From an uncultured Thermoleophilia bacterium (lineage in GTDB: Bacteria; Actinomycetota; Thermoleophilia; UBA2241), in NCBI GenBank assembly GCA_963715985.1, contig CAVQSP010000015.1:1-64000 (forward strand): a DNA stretch of 64,000 bases, in the 5' to 3' direction. A program made the translations under genes and the position numbers. The notes under the pieces were generated by a model. The model was not told where the DNA came from. It searched no databases and saw nothing but the letters and a program-made list of their open reading frames with translations. This document shows, piece by piece, positions 49,101 to 56,964 of this stretch. Within the stretch, counting starts at the first letter, position 1, and each line of letters begins with the position of its first letter.

Positions 49101-49554
49101 CGTCGTCACCGTCCCTGAGCATCATCGCGATGCGGCCGCTCATGCAGCCGGTGAGCGCGATGAGGCCCTCGCTGTGCTCCGCCAGCAGCTCCCAGTCGGC
49201 ACGCGGCTTGTAGTAGTAGCCCTCGAGGTAGGCGCGGGTGCTGAGCTTGACGAGATTGCGGTAGCCGGTCTGGTCGCGGGCAAGCAGTGTGAGGTGCGCA
49301 TTGCGCTCCTTGACGCCGGCCCGCGAGTGGCGGTCGGTGGCGACGTACAGCTCGAGGCCGATGATGGCTTTGATGCCCTCGTCCTCGGCGGCGCGGTAGA
49401 ACTTCACGGCGCCGCCGAGCGTGCCGTGGTCGGTGAGGGCCACAGCGGGCATGCCGAGTTCCTTGGCTCTGCGCACAAGATCCTTGACTCGGCAGGCGCC
49501 GTCCAGCAGCGAGTACTCGCTGTGTACGTGGAGATGGACGAAATCGGCGGCCAT
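46141..49554 (-). CDS. dnaE: DNA polymerase III alpha subunit
   Basis: FVHLHVHSEYSLLDG (PHP), [34 protein letters not shown]-terminal OB fold. Confidence 0.98.
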   Translation of the reverse strand: MAADFVHLHVHSEYSLLDGACRVKDLVRRAKELGMPAVALTDHGTLGGAVKFYRAAEDEGIKAIIGLELYVATDRHSRAGVKERNAHLTLLARDQTGYRNLVKLSTRAYLEGYYYKPRADWELLAEHSEGLIALTGCMSGRIAMMLRDGDDAGALAELRRLADLLGPENVFVELQDAGLPEQRELLPRLWQLAQTAGLRTVATNDVHYLRHEDSYAHDALLCIQTQSNLEDENRMRYGSDEFYLKSGAEMYERFKDYPGACEATVEIASRCDVSLDFGTYLLPSYPVPDGITEGSYLRQLCEKGLLRRYGTDMAPEVRERLDFELGVIGDMGFDAYFLIVWDYVKFAKDNGIAVGPGRGSAAGSIVSYALGITDIDPLKYDLLFERFLNPGRKSMPDIDMDFSVERREEVIDYVAEKYGRDHVAQIITFGTMAARAAVRDAARVMGKPYAVGDKIAKMIPEQAPPATFSQAMLPGGELKQAYDADEEVKEVVDLAMSLEGLIRNDSIHAAAVVISDKPLTEYLPLQQKGDAELVTQFDMNDVAKLGLLKMDFLGLRNLDVIEAALDIIEHTRGVCIEIDQLPLDDEKTYQMLARGDSTGVFQFESPGMREAMRDVRPTQFEDLIAIVALYRPGPMQYIPTYARNKKDPASVVYDHEALRPILEPTHGVTIYQEQYMAIARRVGGFTPAQADDLRKAISKKDRKLMATLKEPLMQGLAASGVPPAVSHKLWANFEATGDYSFNKSHAACYAMISYRTAWLKANYPVEYMAALVSSVMNTKDKVPFYVNQCHEMGIEVLPPDVNESVVGFTVVEGKIRFGMNAVKGVGVGAIEAIIAAREEGGRFTSIYDFCARVDSAQANKRVLEALIRAGAFDSSGDPRRGMLEALPTAMADGERRRKDKAQGQGGLFDLVAAEESGAQAPQVPQREFDQATLLRGEKEALGLYVSAHPLQDLREQLREEIEVSASSLDDAVDGSAVWTGGIVANAQKKVSRNGGVWLAFRLEDVDGGVECRAWPATYDQYRDLLVEDSIVKVRGRVERKSESETTLIAIEVVPFSGVSEYRPLTVTIDADRLRPSVLDELKGVLADFPGSVPVVLEMVRGQDCAKLRVGDALRVDPVAGLYAELKALLGESCVGAG

Positions 49555-49565
49555 GGAGGTCTCCG

Positions 49566-49574
49566 ATTCTAGCA
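49566..49574 (-). promoter_or_regulatory. Extended -10 promoter (TGcTAGAAT) of dnaE-his
   Basis: Minus strand TGC-TAGAAT, 11 nt before the ATG. Confidence 0.5.
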
Positions 49575-49620
49575 CGGCGCATGAGGCCGCCGGCGGTACT
49601 GCTGCCGCGCAACCGCGCCC

Positions 49621-51526
49621 TCAGCCGGTCCGGACCAGCCTCGCCGCGCCGCGCTTGATGCCGCCCCAAACGAAGGGCGCGTAGAGCGCGATGCGCTCCC
49701 CGAGACCGTTGGGGCAGAGCACGCCGAGCATCTCCGCGAAGAACCGTTCACCGTAGCTTCGCGGCAGACCGATGCGCCCGTAGATCTCGTCGACCAGGGC
49801 CTCCATCTCCCCCTCTTCGTAGCCCGTTGGATTGTGGAACCCGACGTAGGTGGCCAGGTCCTCCTCGGGATCCGCCCTCAGCTCGATGCCGTAGGCCTCA
49901 GGATGATGGTACGACGTCCGAGAAGAGGTCGAGGTAGAAGCGGCAGAGCGCGACCTCGCCGCGGATCTTGGCCAGGTTGGCTCTGATGAAGGCCACGGTC
50001 TTGTCGATATCGGCCTCCGTCTCCCCGGGGATGCCGGCCATGAGGAACACATTCACGATGATGCCCGCGGCGTGGAAGTTGTCGATGACCTTGACCACGT
50101 CGCGCAGATCGATCCCCTTGTGCGCGCGGTCCAGGACCTCCTGCGAACCGGACTCCAGCCCGAAGTGCAGGGCGAAGAAGCCGGCCTTGCGGACCTTGTG
50201 GCAGAACTCGATGTCCGTGAACGCCTTCTCCGCACGGACGAAGGAGTAGAACCTGGCCCCGCTGCCGGCCTCGAGGAGGGCGTCGGCCAGCGTCTCCAGC
50301 TGCCGTATCGAGAGATTGGTGTCGCAGATGTGGAAGTAGGAGGGATGATGGCGTTGCGTCAGCTTCTCGACGTCGCGCATGAAGGCGTCCGCCGGCCGCA
50401 CGCAGTACTGGCTCTCGTCCGAGAGGATCTTCGGGAAGTGGCAGAAGCGGCAGCGAGCCCAGTCGCAGCCGGAGGACGTGCTCAGTGTGAGGATCGGATT
50501 GGGCCGCGGGTCGGTGAAGACGGGCGTCGCGGCCTGGGCGATGGTGAAGTCCCTCTCGGGGTTACGGCGCATCGATCCGTCAGCCGTCCGCCAGACGAGG
50601 CTCGGCACGTCGCCGAGGCTGGGCGAGGCAGTCGTCAGCTCGTCGTGAAGCTTTGCGACGGCTTCCTCCCCGGCGCCGGTCACCATGCTGTCGTAGAGTG
50701 GTGACACGGCGCTGTCTCCCGCCAGCGTCTCACGCAACGTGCTGACGGTCGCGCCGCCCAGCGTGATGTGCAGATCCGGCCGCTGCTCGCGTATGACTCG
50801 CGCGAGGGTGAACGCGGGGATGATCTGCGCTTCGTGTGTGACGGAGATGCCGGCAAGCGCCGCGCCGGCCGGGATCGACGGCACGATCCTCCTCCTGTAG
50901 TAGTCGAGAAACGGGTTGACCGTGGCGTCCCCGCTGGCGGCGAGGACCGCCCTGGACCGCTTCGTGCCGCACTCCATCTCGAGCCCGCCGAGAACGCCGA
51001 ACTTGCTCGGCCAGAACGACGCGAAGCACAGGTCCACTGCGACCTGCAGCCGCGCCAGCGCGAGCAGGAACCTGTTCTTCGAGAGCCCCATGAAGCGCTC
51101 GCGCAGGAGGGCCTCGGATCCGTGCAGCAGGCGCACGACGGCTTCGCGCCGCCCGAGAAGCCCGGCCAGCGCCCGGGCCGGCTCATCAGAGCGGAACCCG
51201 AGCTCCTCCGGGATCCGGGCCAGAGCGATCGAGTCGGCCAGGTAGGCGACCTGATCCGGGACGAGCTCGCCCCGCCTCCCGGCGAGCTCGTCCATGGCCC
51301 GCTCCAGCGTCCCGATGCCCGCAAGGTGCTGGTAGAGCTCGTTGTCCAACACCCGCTGCAGGACCGGGTAGCCATGCTCGAGCAGGTACCCGGTCAGCTG
51401 CGGGACCGCCAGCGTGTTGAAGACGTAGAAATGCTCCGGGGAGAACAGGACGATCTCCCCCACTGCCTTCCTCTGCGTGCCCGGTCGCAGGGCAGGCGAC
51501 TCGGCAAGCGTGTCGAGAGGAGTCAT
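49621..51526 (-). CDS. B12-binding-domain radical SAM protein (one indel near 49912)
   Basis: GISV...Q...TLAR.IR...PDLHITLGG cobalamin-domain pattern, CDWARCRFC cluster motif, FGLESGSQEVL, GIPGET; C-terminus continues in the 49621..50052 frame (YHHPEAYGIE...). Confidence 0.85.
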
Positions 51527-51599
51527 CTGGACACTACCCCTTTCGTTGAGCGGAGGCCGGGGCATCAGCCGGAGCCGAACGCGCTCGCCCTGACGAATC

Positions 51600-51627
51600 A
51601 TCGTAGCCAAGATAGTGGCGCGGTCAA
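51600..51627 (-). promoter_or_regulatory. Sigma70-type promoter of the radical SAM gene
   Basis: TTGACC-N16-TACGAT on the minus strand. Confidence 0.55.
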
Positions 51628-51838
51628 AGGCCCGAGCTGACAGCGCTCGACTCGTCGCACGAGCTCGCCGACACGGCAGGCGCCGCCCGGCCGCGAGTAC
51701 TCGCACCGCACGTGCAGACGGACGATATCGGCGGCCGTGGAGGTCTTCGATTCAAGCACAGTGCGTGCCATCACCCACCGCTGGCAGGCGACGCCTTAGC
51801 GCAGCCTGCGGCACGGCTCCCGCGCGTCTCTGGACTGC

Positions 51839-53281
51839 TCAGTGACCCGTCAGCCCGAGCTTCAGGTCGTTGACGTTCGTGCCGGTCGGGCCGGTGTACA
51901 CACGGTCGCCGGCGGCCTCGAGCGCCGTGCCGGAGGCGTGGGCGGCGATGGCGGCCGAAGGGTCCACCTCGGCGCCCGCAAGGGCGGCGGCGCTGAGGTC
52001 GTCGACCAGGCCGCCTGCGGCGTGACCGGGGCCGTCGATGCCGTCGGAGTCGAGGCACAGGACGCACGCCGGAGAGGAGCCGGGCGGTCTGTGCCCGAGC
52101 GCCTCGGCGCCCGCGAGGGCGCCGTCCTGGCTCGGGCCACCGCCGCCGGAGAGGCCCGTGCCCGACCGCAGCGCGGTGGTGGCCTCTCCCCCGGCGACAA
52201 GCGCTGTACCTGGTCCGGCTTCGGCGAGCCGCTCCGCGAACCAACGCCCGGCCTCGGCGCTCTCGCCCTCCAGGTCGAGGCGCAGTAGCGTGGCCGCGTA
52301 GCCACGGTCCTCCGCCGCCCGTACCGCCGCCTCGCACATCATCCGTGCGTCGGCGACCACGAAGGAGGTGACGCCGGCGAGGCTGTGGCAGCTCTCCTCG
52401 GCCGGGTCGGCGTGCCGCAGGTGAGCGGCCACGCGCGTCGGCAGGTGGCCCCACAGGTCCCAGCGGTCGCAGACGGCCTGGGCGTCCGCAAAGGTCGAAG
52501 TATCCGGCACCGTGAGGTCGGTGACGGCGTCGAGCGGGTCGCCGACCACGTCGGACACCGTCAGGTTGAGCACCTCGCAGCCGGCGGTCCGCGCCAGACG
52601 CCCGCCCTTCAAGCGCGAGAGATGCTTGCGCACCTGGTTCACGGCGACGATGTCGGCGCCGCAGGCCAGCAGCAGGCGATTGGCGGCGATCTTGTCGGAG
52701 AGCGTCAGGCCTTCGGCGGGCGCCACGACCAAGGCCGAGCTGCCGCCGGTGACGAGGGCGATGAGGAGGTCGTGGGGGGCGGCCGCCGCGGCGATCTCCA
52801 GGAGCCGCTGGCCGCCGGCCAGGCTGCTCACGTCGGGCACCGGGTGGGAGGCTTCGAGGACCTCGATGTGCGTCAGCTGCACGCCCTGCCCGCGCTTGAC
52901 CACCACCGCGCCTGCCGCGATGCGGTCGCCGAGCAGCTCGTCGAGGACGCCGGCCATGCCGATCGTGGCCTTGCCGGCGCCCACGACGAACACGCGACGT
53001 CCGCGAAGGTCGAACCGACGTGCTTCGTCACCCGGCGGGGTGACAACGAGGTCGTCACCTTCGAGGTGCACCATCCGCCGCAGGTTGGCCGCCGGGTCCA
53101 CGGCCGCAAGCGCGGTCGTGGCCACGGCGAGCGCGTCCGCGCGCAGCTCCGCGCGCCCGTGGCTGGTCAGCTGCGCATAGTTGACGAAGCGGGTTCGTGC
53201 CGCGGCCGCGCCGAGCGTCGGCTCCGCATCACCGGGCACGGCCCGGCCGGGGCCCGGGGCGTCTGCCGGGCCGCCGCTCAC
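51839..53281 (-). CDS. Class II glycerate kinase-like protein (DUF4147 + MOFRL), divergent
   Basis: GAGKA, HPVPD, GGSSAL, VRKHLSRLKGGRLA, SDVVGD, GGE, DGIDG, TGPTGTNVND; GTGA overlap with the enolase-like stop. Confidence 0.9.
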   Translation of the reverse strand: MSGGPADAPGPGRAVPGDAEPTLGAAAARTRFVNYAQLTSHGRAELRADALAVATTALAAVDPAANLRRMVHLEGDDLVVTPPGDEARRFDLRGRRVFVVGAGKATIGMAGVLDELLGDRIAAGAVVVKRGQGVQLTHIEVLEASHPVPDVSSLAGGQRLLEIAAAAAPHDLLIALVTGGSSALVVAPAEGLTLSDKIAANRLLLACGADIVAVNQVRKHLSRLKGGRLARTAGCEVLNLTVSDVVGDPLDAVTDLTVPDTSTFADAQAVCDRWDLWGHLPTRVAAHLRHADPAEESCHSLAGVTSFVVADARMMCEAAVRAAEDRGYAATLLRLDLEGESAEAGRWFAERLAEAGPGTALVAGGEATTALRSGTGLSGGGGPSQDGALAGAEALGHRPPGSSPACVLCLDSDGIDGPGHAAGGLVDDLSAAALAGAEVDPSAAIAAHASGTALEAAGDRVYTGPTGTNVNDLKLGLTGH

Positions 53282-54568
53282 CGCGCCAACGCCGTCGGCC
53301 GGCGCCAGTCGCGCCCCGCGTACACCGCCTCGAACCCGAGCCACTCCTCGATCTGGAAGAGCCGGTTGTACTTGGCGGTGCGCTCGCCGCGCACCGGCGA
53401 GCCCGTCTTGATCTGACCCGCGTTCAGCGCCACGACGAGGTCGGCGATGATGGGGTCCTCGGTCTCGCCGGAGCGCTCGCTCACGCACACGCCGTAGCCA
53501 TTGCGGAACGCCGTCTCGGCGGCCGTGAACGCCTCCGTGAGCGTCCCGATCTGGTTGACCTTCCAGAGGATCGCGTTGGCGGCGCCGAGCTCCACACCGC
53601 GCCGCACCAAGTCCGGGTTCGTCACGAAGAGATCGTCGCCGATGAGCTGCACCCCGGCCGCGCCAAGACGCCGCGTGATCTCCACCCAGCCGTCCCAATC
53701 GTCCTCGGCCAGCGGGTCCTCGATGGAGACGATGCCGAAGTCGCGGACGAGCTCCTCATAGAACGCGATCAGCTCGTCCGTGGTGTAGTCAGTCCCGGCA
53801 ACGGTGTACACCCGCCGCTCCGCATCCCACAGATGAGTCGCGGCGCAGTCCAGTGCGTACACCATGTCGTTCGCATACCCAGCGGCCGCGACGCCCTCGT
53901 GCAGCACCTCCAGAGCCTCGCGAACGTCCACGATGGGCGTGGCGAAGCCGCCCTCGTCGCCGGTGTTGGCGGCGAGCTTGCCGTAGCGGGCGACGACGAT
54001 CTCCATGAGCGCCATGTGGCACTCGCTGGCCATCCGCATCGCCTCGCTGAAGGTGGCGGCGCCCACCGGCATGCAGATGAACTCCTGGAAGTCGAGGTCG
54101 TTGGAGGTGAGCTTGCCGCCGTTGATGAGATTGACGAACGGCACCGGCAGCACGCGCGCGTCGGCGCGCAGGTAGCGGAACAGCGGGAGGCCCGCGGCCG
54201 CGGCGGCCGCGCGGGCCGCGGCCAGCGACACGCCCAGCAGCGCGTTGGCGCCCAGACGGCTCTTGTCGGGCGTGCCGTCCAGTTCGCACAGAAAGCGGTC
54301 CAGACCCACCTGGTCGGCGGCGTCGCAGCCCAGCATGGCCGGACCGATGACGTCGGCCACGTTGGCGATGGCCTTGGCGACGCCCTTGCCGCGGTACGCG
54401 GCCTCCCCGTCGCGCAGCTCGACGGCCTCGGCGCTGCCGGTAGAGCGGCCGGCGGGCACGTCGGCCCTGCCCAGGTGCCCGCCGGCGATCACGTCCACCT
54501 GCACGGTCGGGTAGCCGCGGCAGTCGAGGATCATGCGGGCGCGGACGTCGGTGATCGGTGGTGCTCAT
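53278..54568 (-). CDS. Enolase-family protein, divergent paralog (one indel after codon 4)
   Basis: RG.PTV, STG..EA.ELRD, LGANA, QEF, GDEGGF, SIEDP, GDDLFVTN, KVNQIGT, RSGETED, QIKTG, ERTAKYN; several canonical residues replaced (see findings). Confidence 0.9.
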
Positions 54569-54612
54569 GCCTCTCGCCTTTCGTCGTGCGGGCTTGACTC
54601 GGCTCGAGGTGA

Positions 54613-54642
54613 AGTCTAGAAGGTCGGGTGGGCAGGCGCCAA
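54613..54642 (-). promoter_or_regulatory. Candidate promoter of the enolase-like/kinase pair
   Basis: TTGGCG-N18-TAGACT on the minus strand upstream of the ATG at 54568. Confidence 0.4.
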
Positions 54643-54689
54643 GGTGGTACGGCGGCCGCCGCAGCCACGCCGGCCCGGCTGTCCACCCC

Positions 54690-55255
54690 TCACATCACGA
54701 CGAGCACGCCGGCGTCGAGCCCTGCTCTGCCGGTTCCCGGCGAGGTCGACCGCGTCGACGCTTCCAGGTCGTAGCGGCCACGGGGCAGCGTACAGGTAAC
54801 GGGTAACGCACCTCCGCGTTGGTGCGCTGTAGCGGGACGTTGAGCTTCATCTCGAGCCTCGCCCCCCGGAGGATCCTCACGGACCCCCACCACTTCGGGG
54901 AGATCGCGTCGTCCGCCCTCAGGCGGAGAGCTCACCCGCCCGCCGCTCGCGACACGCGCGTCGGCCGGCGCCCGGGTCACGGGGCGGGTTTCGTCGTTGC
55001 GCACCGTGGGCTTCTTTGCCGCCTCGGCGTAGCCGTCGAGGTCAGTGGACCGGAAGTCGTACGCGCTGCTGCCGGACGAGCCCACGCGGAAGGGCGCGGG
55101 GTAGACGGTCCAGTCGGCCGCACCGGCCGCCCGGAACTCAGTCGTGGCCACGCCGGAGAACAGGTCCCTCGCGCCGAGCGTGACCGTCACCTCCGTCCTG
55201 TTCCACCCGTAGACGTTGGCCGCCGGCTCAGACGGCCGCGCAGGACCGATGCCAT
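54690..55255 (-). pseudogene. Frameshifted remnant of a secreted protein's Ig-like/beta-sandwich C-terminal domains
   Basis: GWNRTEVTVTLGARDLFSGVATTEFR..DWTVY..PFRV..YDFRSTD, then CTLPRGRY and VDAVDLAGNRQS in other frames; no start or signal peptide. Confidence 0.55.
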
Positions 55256-55329
55256 AGTGGATCCCCTCCCCAGAAGGCGGGGAGGCCCGCGGTGGCTGCC
55301 TTCGCCGGCCGCGGCGCTCCCCACCTCGG

Positions 55330-55590
55330 GAGCGTAGTCCCGTGGCGCCGCAGACACAACGACGGCCGCAGGGCGCGCTCGGCCTCCCGTGCCCTGCCGC
55401 GCAGGCTGCACCCCCAGCCCACGATCTCGCGGCCGTGGCAACCGATGATCGCCACCAGATGACCCCAGCCGTCCTCCTCGCAGCAGACGTGCCCGAGAGC
55501 CATGGCCCAGTGCTCGTTGCTGCGAGCGGAGACGGACCGCCGTCCCTGGGCCGACGGACGCGGCGTAGCGCCAGCTTCGGGCCCGGCACT
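55330..55590 (-). mobile_element. IS3-family transposase (integrase core) remnant
   Basis: RSNEHWAMALGHVCCEEDGWGHLVAIIGCHGREIVGW..SLRGRAREAERAL resembles the IS3 pattern N.RW..D.T....GW.YL..VID...REIVG with both Asp positions lost; no terminal inverted repeats found. Confidence 0.7.
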
Positions 55591-55726
55591 CTGATGCCCC
55601 TCGGCTCCCCTGCAGGGGGACGGGACCGGCCTCAGGGGGAGAGGGCGCGTCGTCACACCGGGCGGCGGTGCCGGCTGGTGCGGTGCGCCGCCGCACGAGC
55701 GGTGGGACGAAGTGGACGAGCCCGTA

Positions 55727-56382
55727 CTACTGCAGCTTCCTCGGCGCCGCGATGGTCTTGTCGAACACCTCATGGGCCCGCGCGGCATACGCATCGCCAG
55801 TTTCGAGGTACCCCGCCGACGCCTCCAGTGCCGGCGGGTCATGGCTCAGCGACCTCGTACGACCAGAACACATCGTGCAGAGCCATCTGTTGGAGGAGCC
55901 AGAACGCTTCGTCGGCCCAATGGTTGAAGCGAAACGAGGAGCTCCCTGTAGCGCCGGCGATCGCTCGCGGAGGCGAAGTACCGCGACGCTTTGGCGCTCA
56001 GTATATGCAGATACTTCTCGGTAGCCGTGAACCAAGACTCGGGCTGGCCCTCGAAATCGGTCCAGACCCGACGCGCGTAGTCCTCCCCTGCCAGCAAGTC
56101 TTCCCTCTTGTCGGGGTCGCCGATCATGGGTGCCAGGGTCGCGGCGAGGCTGGACGACTGGAGCTCGAATTCGTCGTACGTGTGGGCGTAACGGCCGAAC
56201 GTCTCCTGCATCCCGGTCAGCATTTGCTTGTACTCGGCCCGATACTTCGCTCTGACGTGAGCGGTGGCCGCGCCCGGCGCACACAGCAGCAAGCAGAAGG
56301 CCAGCAGCACCAGGATGGTGGACAGACGCCACCGGGGGGTCCTCAAGCGTCCGGCCGAACCACGTGCCGTTTCCATGCTCAT
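55727..56382 (-). CDS. Hypothetical secreted, mostly helical protein (frameshifted near 55930-55850)
   Basis: Signal peptide RWRLSTILVLLAFCLLLCAPGAATA|HV; GGAGG RBS; C-terminus in the 55727 frame; good upstream promoter. Confidence 0.55.
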
Positions 56383-56418
56383 GAGGCCTCCCCGCCGACG
56401 CTCTTCTCTTGCACTTGC

Positions 56419-56447
56419 AGTGTCCCCCTCGTGCCGAGGCCTGTCAA
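56419..56447 (-). promoter_or_regulatory. Sigma70-type promoter
   Basis: TTGACA-N17-GACACT upstream of the secreted-protein gene. Confidence 0.6.
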
Positions 56448-56456
56448 CGAGCCGCA

Positions 56457-56516
56457 TTGCCTCACGAAGAACGTACTCGAACACGATTCGTTGCCTCAGA
56501 TCAGAAGGCACTCGAA
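56457..56516. repeat. Imperfect tandem repeat with a 34-35 bp period
   Basis: ttgcctca-cgaagaacgtactcgaa versus ttgcctcagatcagaaggcactcgaa. Confidence 0.5.
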
Positions 56517-56601
56517 GGGCGCCGAACTCCAAGCTCGGCATGCGAGCAAGAACGAGGTCGGATGCGGTGGCCCTGGAGCGACTCGACCCCCCAATGACGC
56601 C

Positions 56602-56619
56602 GTCCGTTGACCAACGGAC
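56602..56619. promoter_or_regulatory. Operator-like inverted repeat
   Basis: GTCCGTTG-ac-CAACGGAC, immediately before the ATG at 56622. Confidence 0.45.
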
Positions 56620-56769
56620 CCATGAGGAAGCTCGCCGCGCTGCTCGCCCCCGTCTACGCCTTCGCGCCGGGCGTGTTCGTCGAGGAGGGCGAGGTCGGCA
56701 TCTACCTCTACGAGCTCGATGTCCACGCGGTCGGGGGCACGCTGGACGAGCCCCAGGCGTGCCCGCCGG

Positions 56770-56868
56770 TCAGGAAGCGGGCGCCCAGTAACAGCGCTCG
56801 GGCGACTCGATGCGGCCGTCCTTCTTCCGGTCGGGCATGACCTCGAGCACCTTGTCCGCGTCGCTCAT
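56770..56868 (-). pseudogene. Internally deleted small winged-helix-type protein
   Basis: MSDADKVLEVM..KKDGRIESPERCYWAP behind a GGAGGG RBS; both ends resemble ~60-aa proteins ending K.G.I.SPKRCYW, but the middle helix-turn-helix is missing. Confidence 0.45.
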
Positions 56869-56964
56869 CTCGTCCCTCCCTGTGGTCCGCGCGCGACCGC
56901 CGTCGCGGCAGGCGTCACGTCTCGTCGTCGCCGGCCGGCATCGCCGGCCCGCCGCCGGCCTCAC

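Noticed and set aside
49898-49900. TGA read-through (selenocysteine) in the radical SAM gene
   Set aside because: The protein continues in a different frame, so this is an indel rather than an in-frame TGA.
51527-51599. Riboswitch in the radical SAM leader (GCTGATG resembles the fluoride riboswitch 3' part)
   Set aside because: The 5' consensus is absent and the leader is too short for a cobalamin riboswitch; an Rfam scan would settle it.
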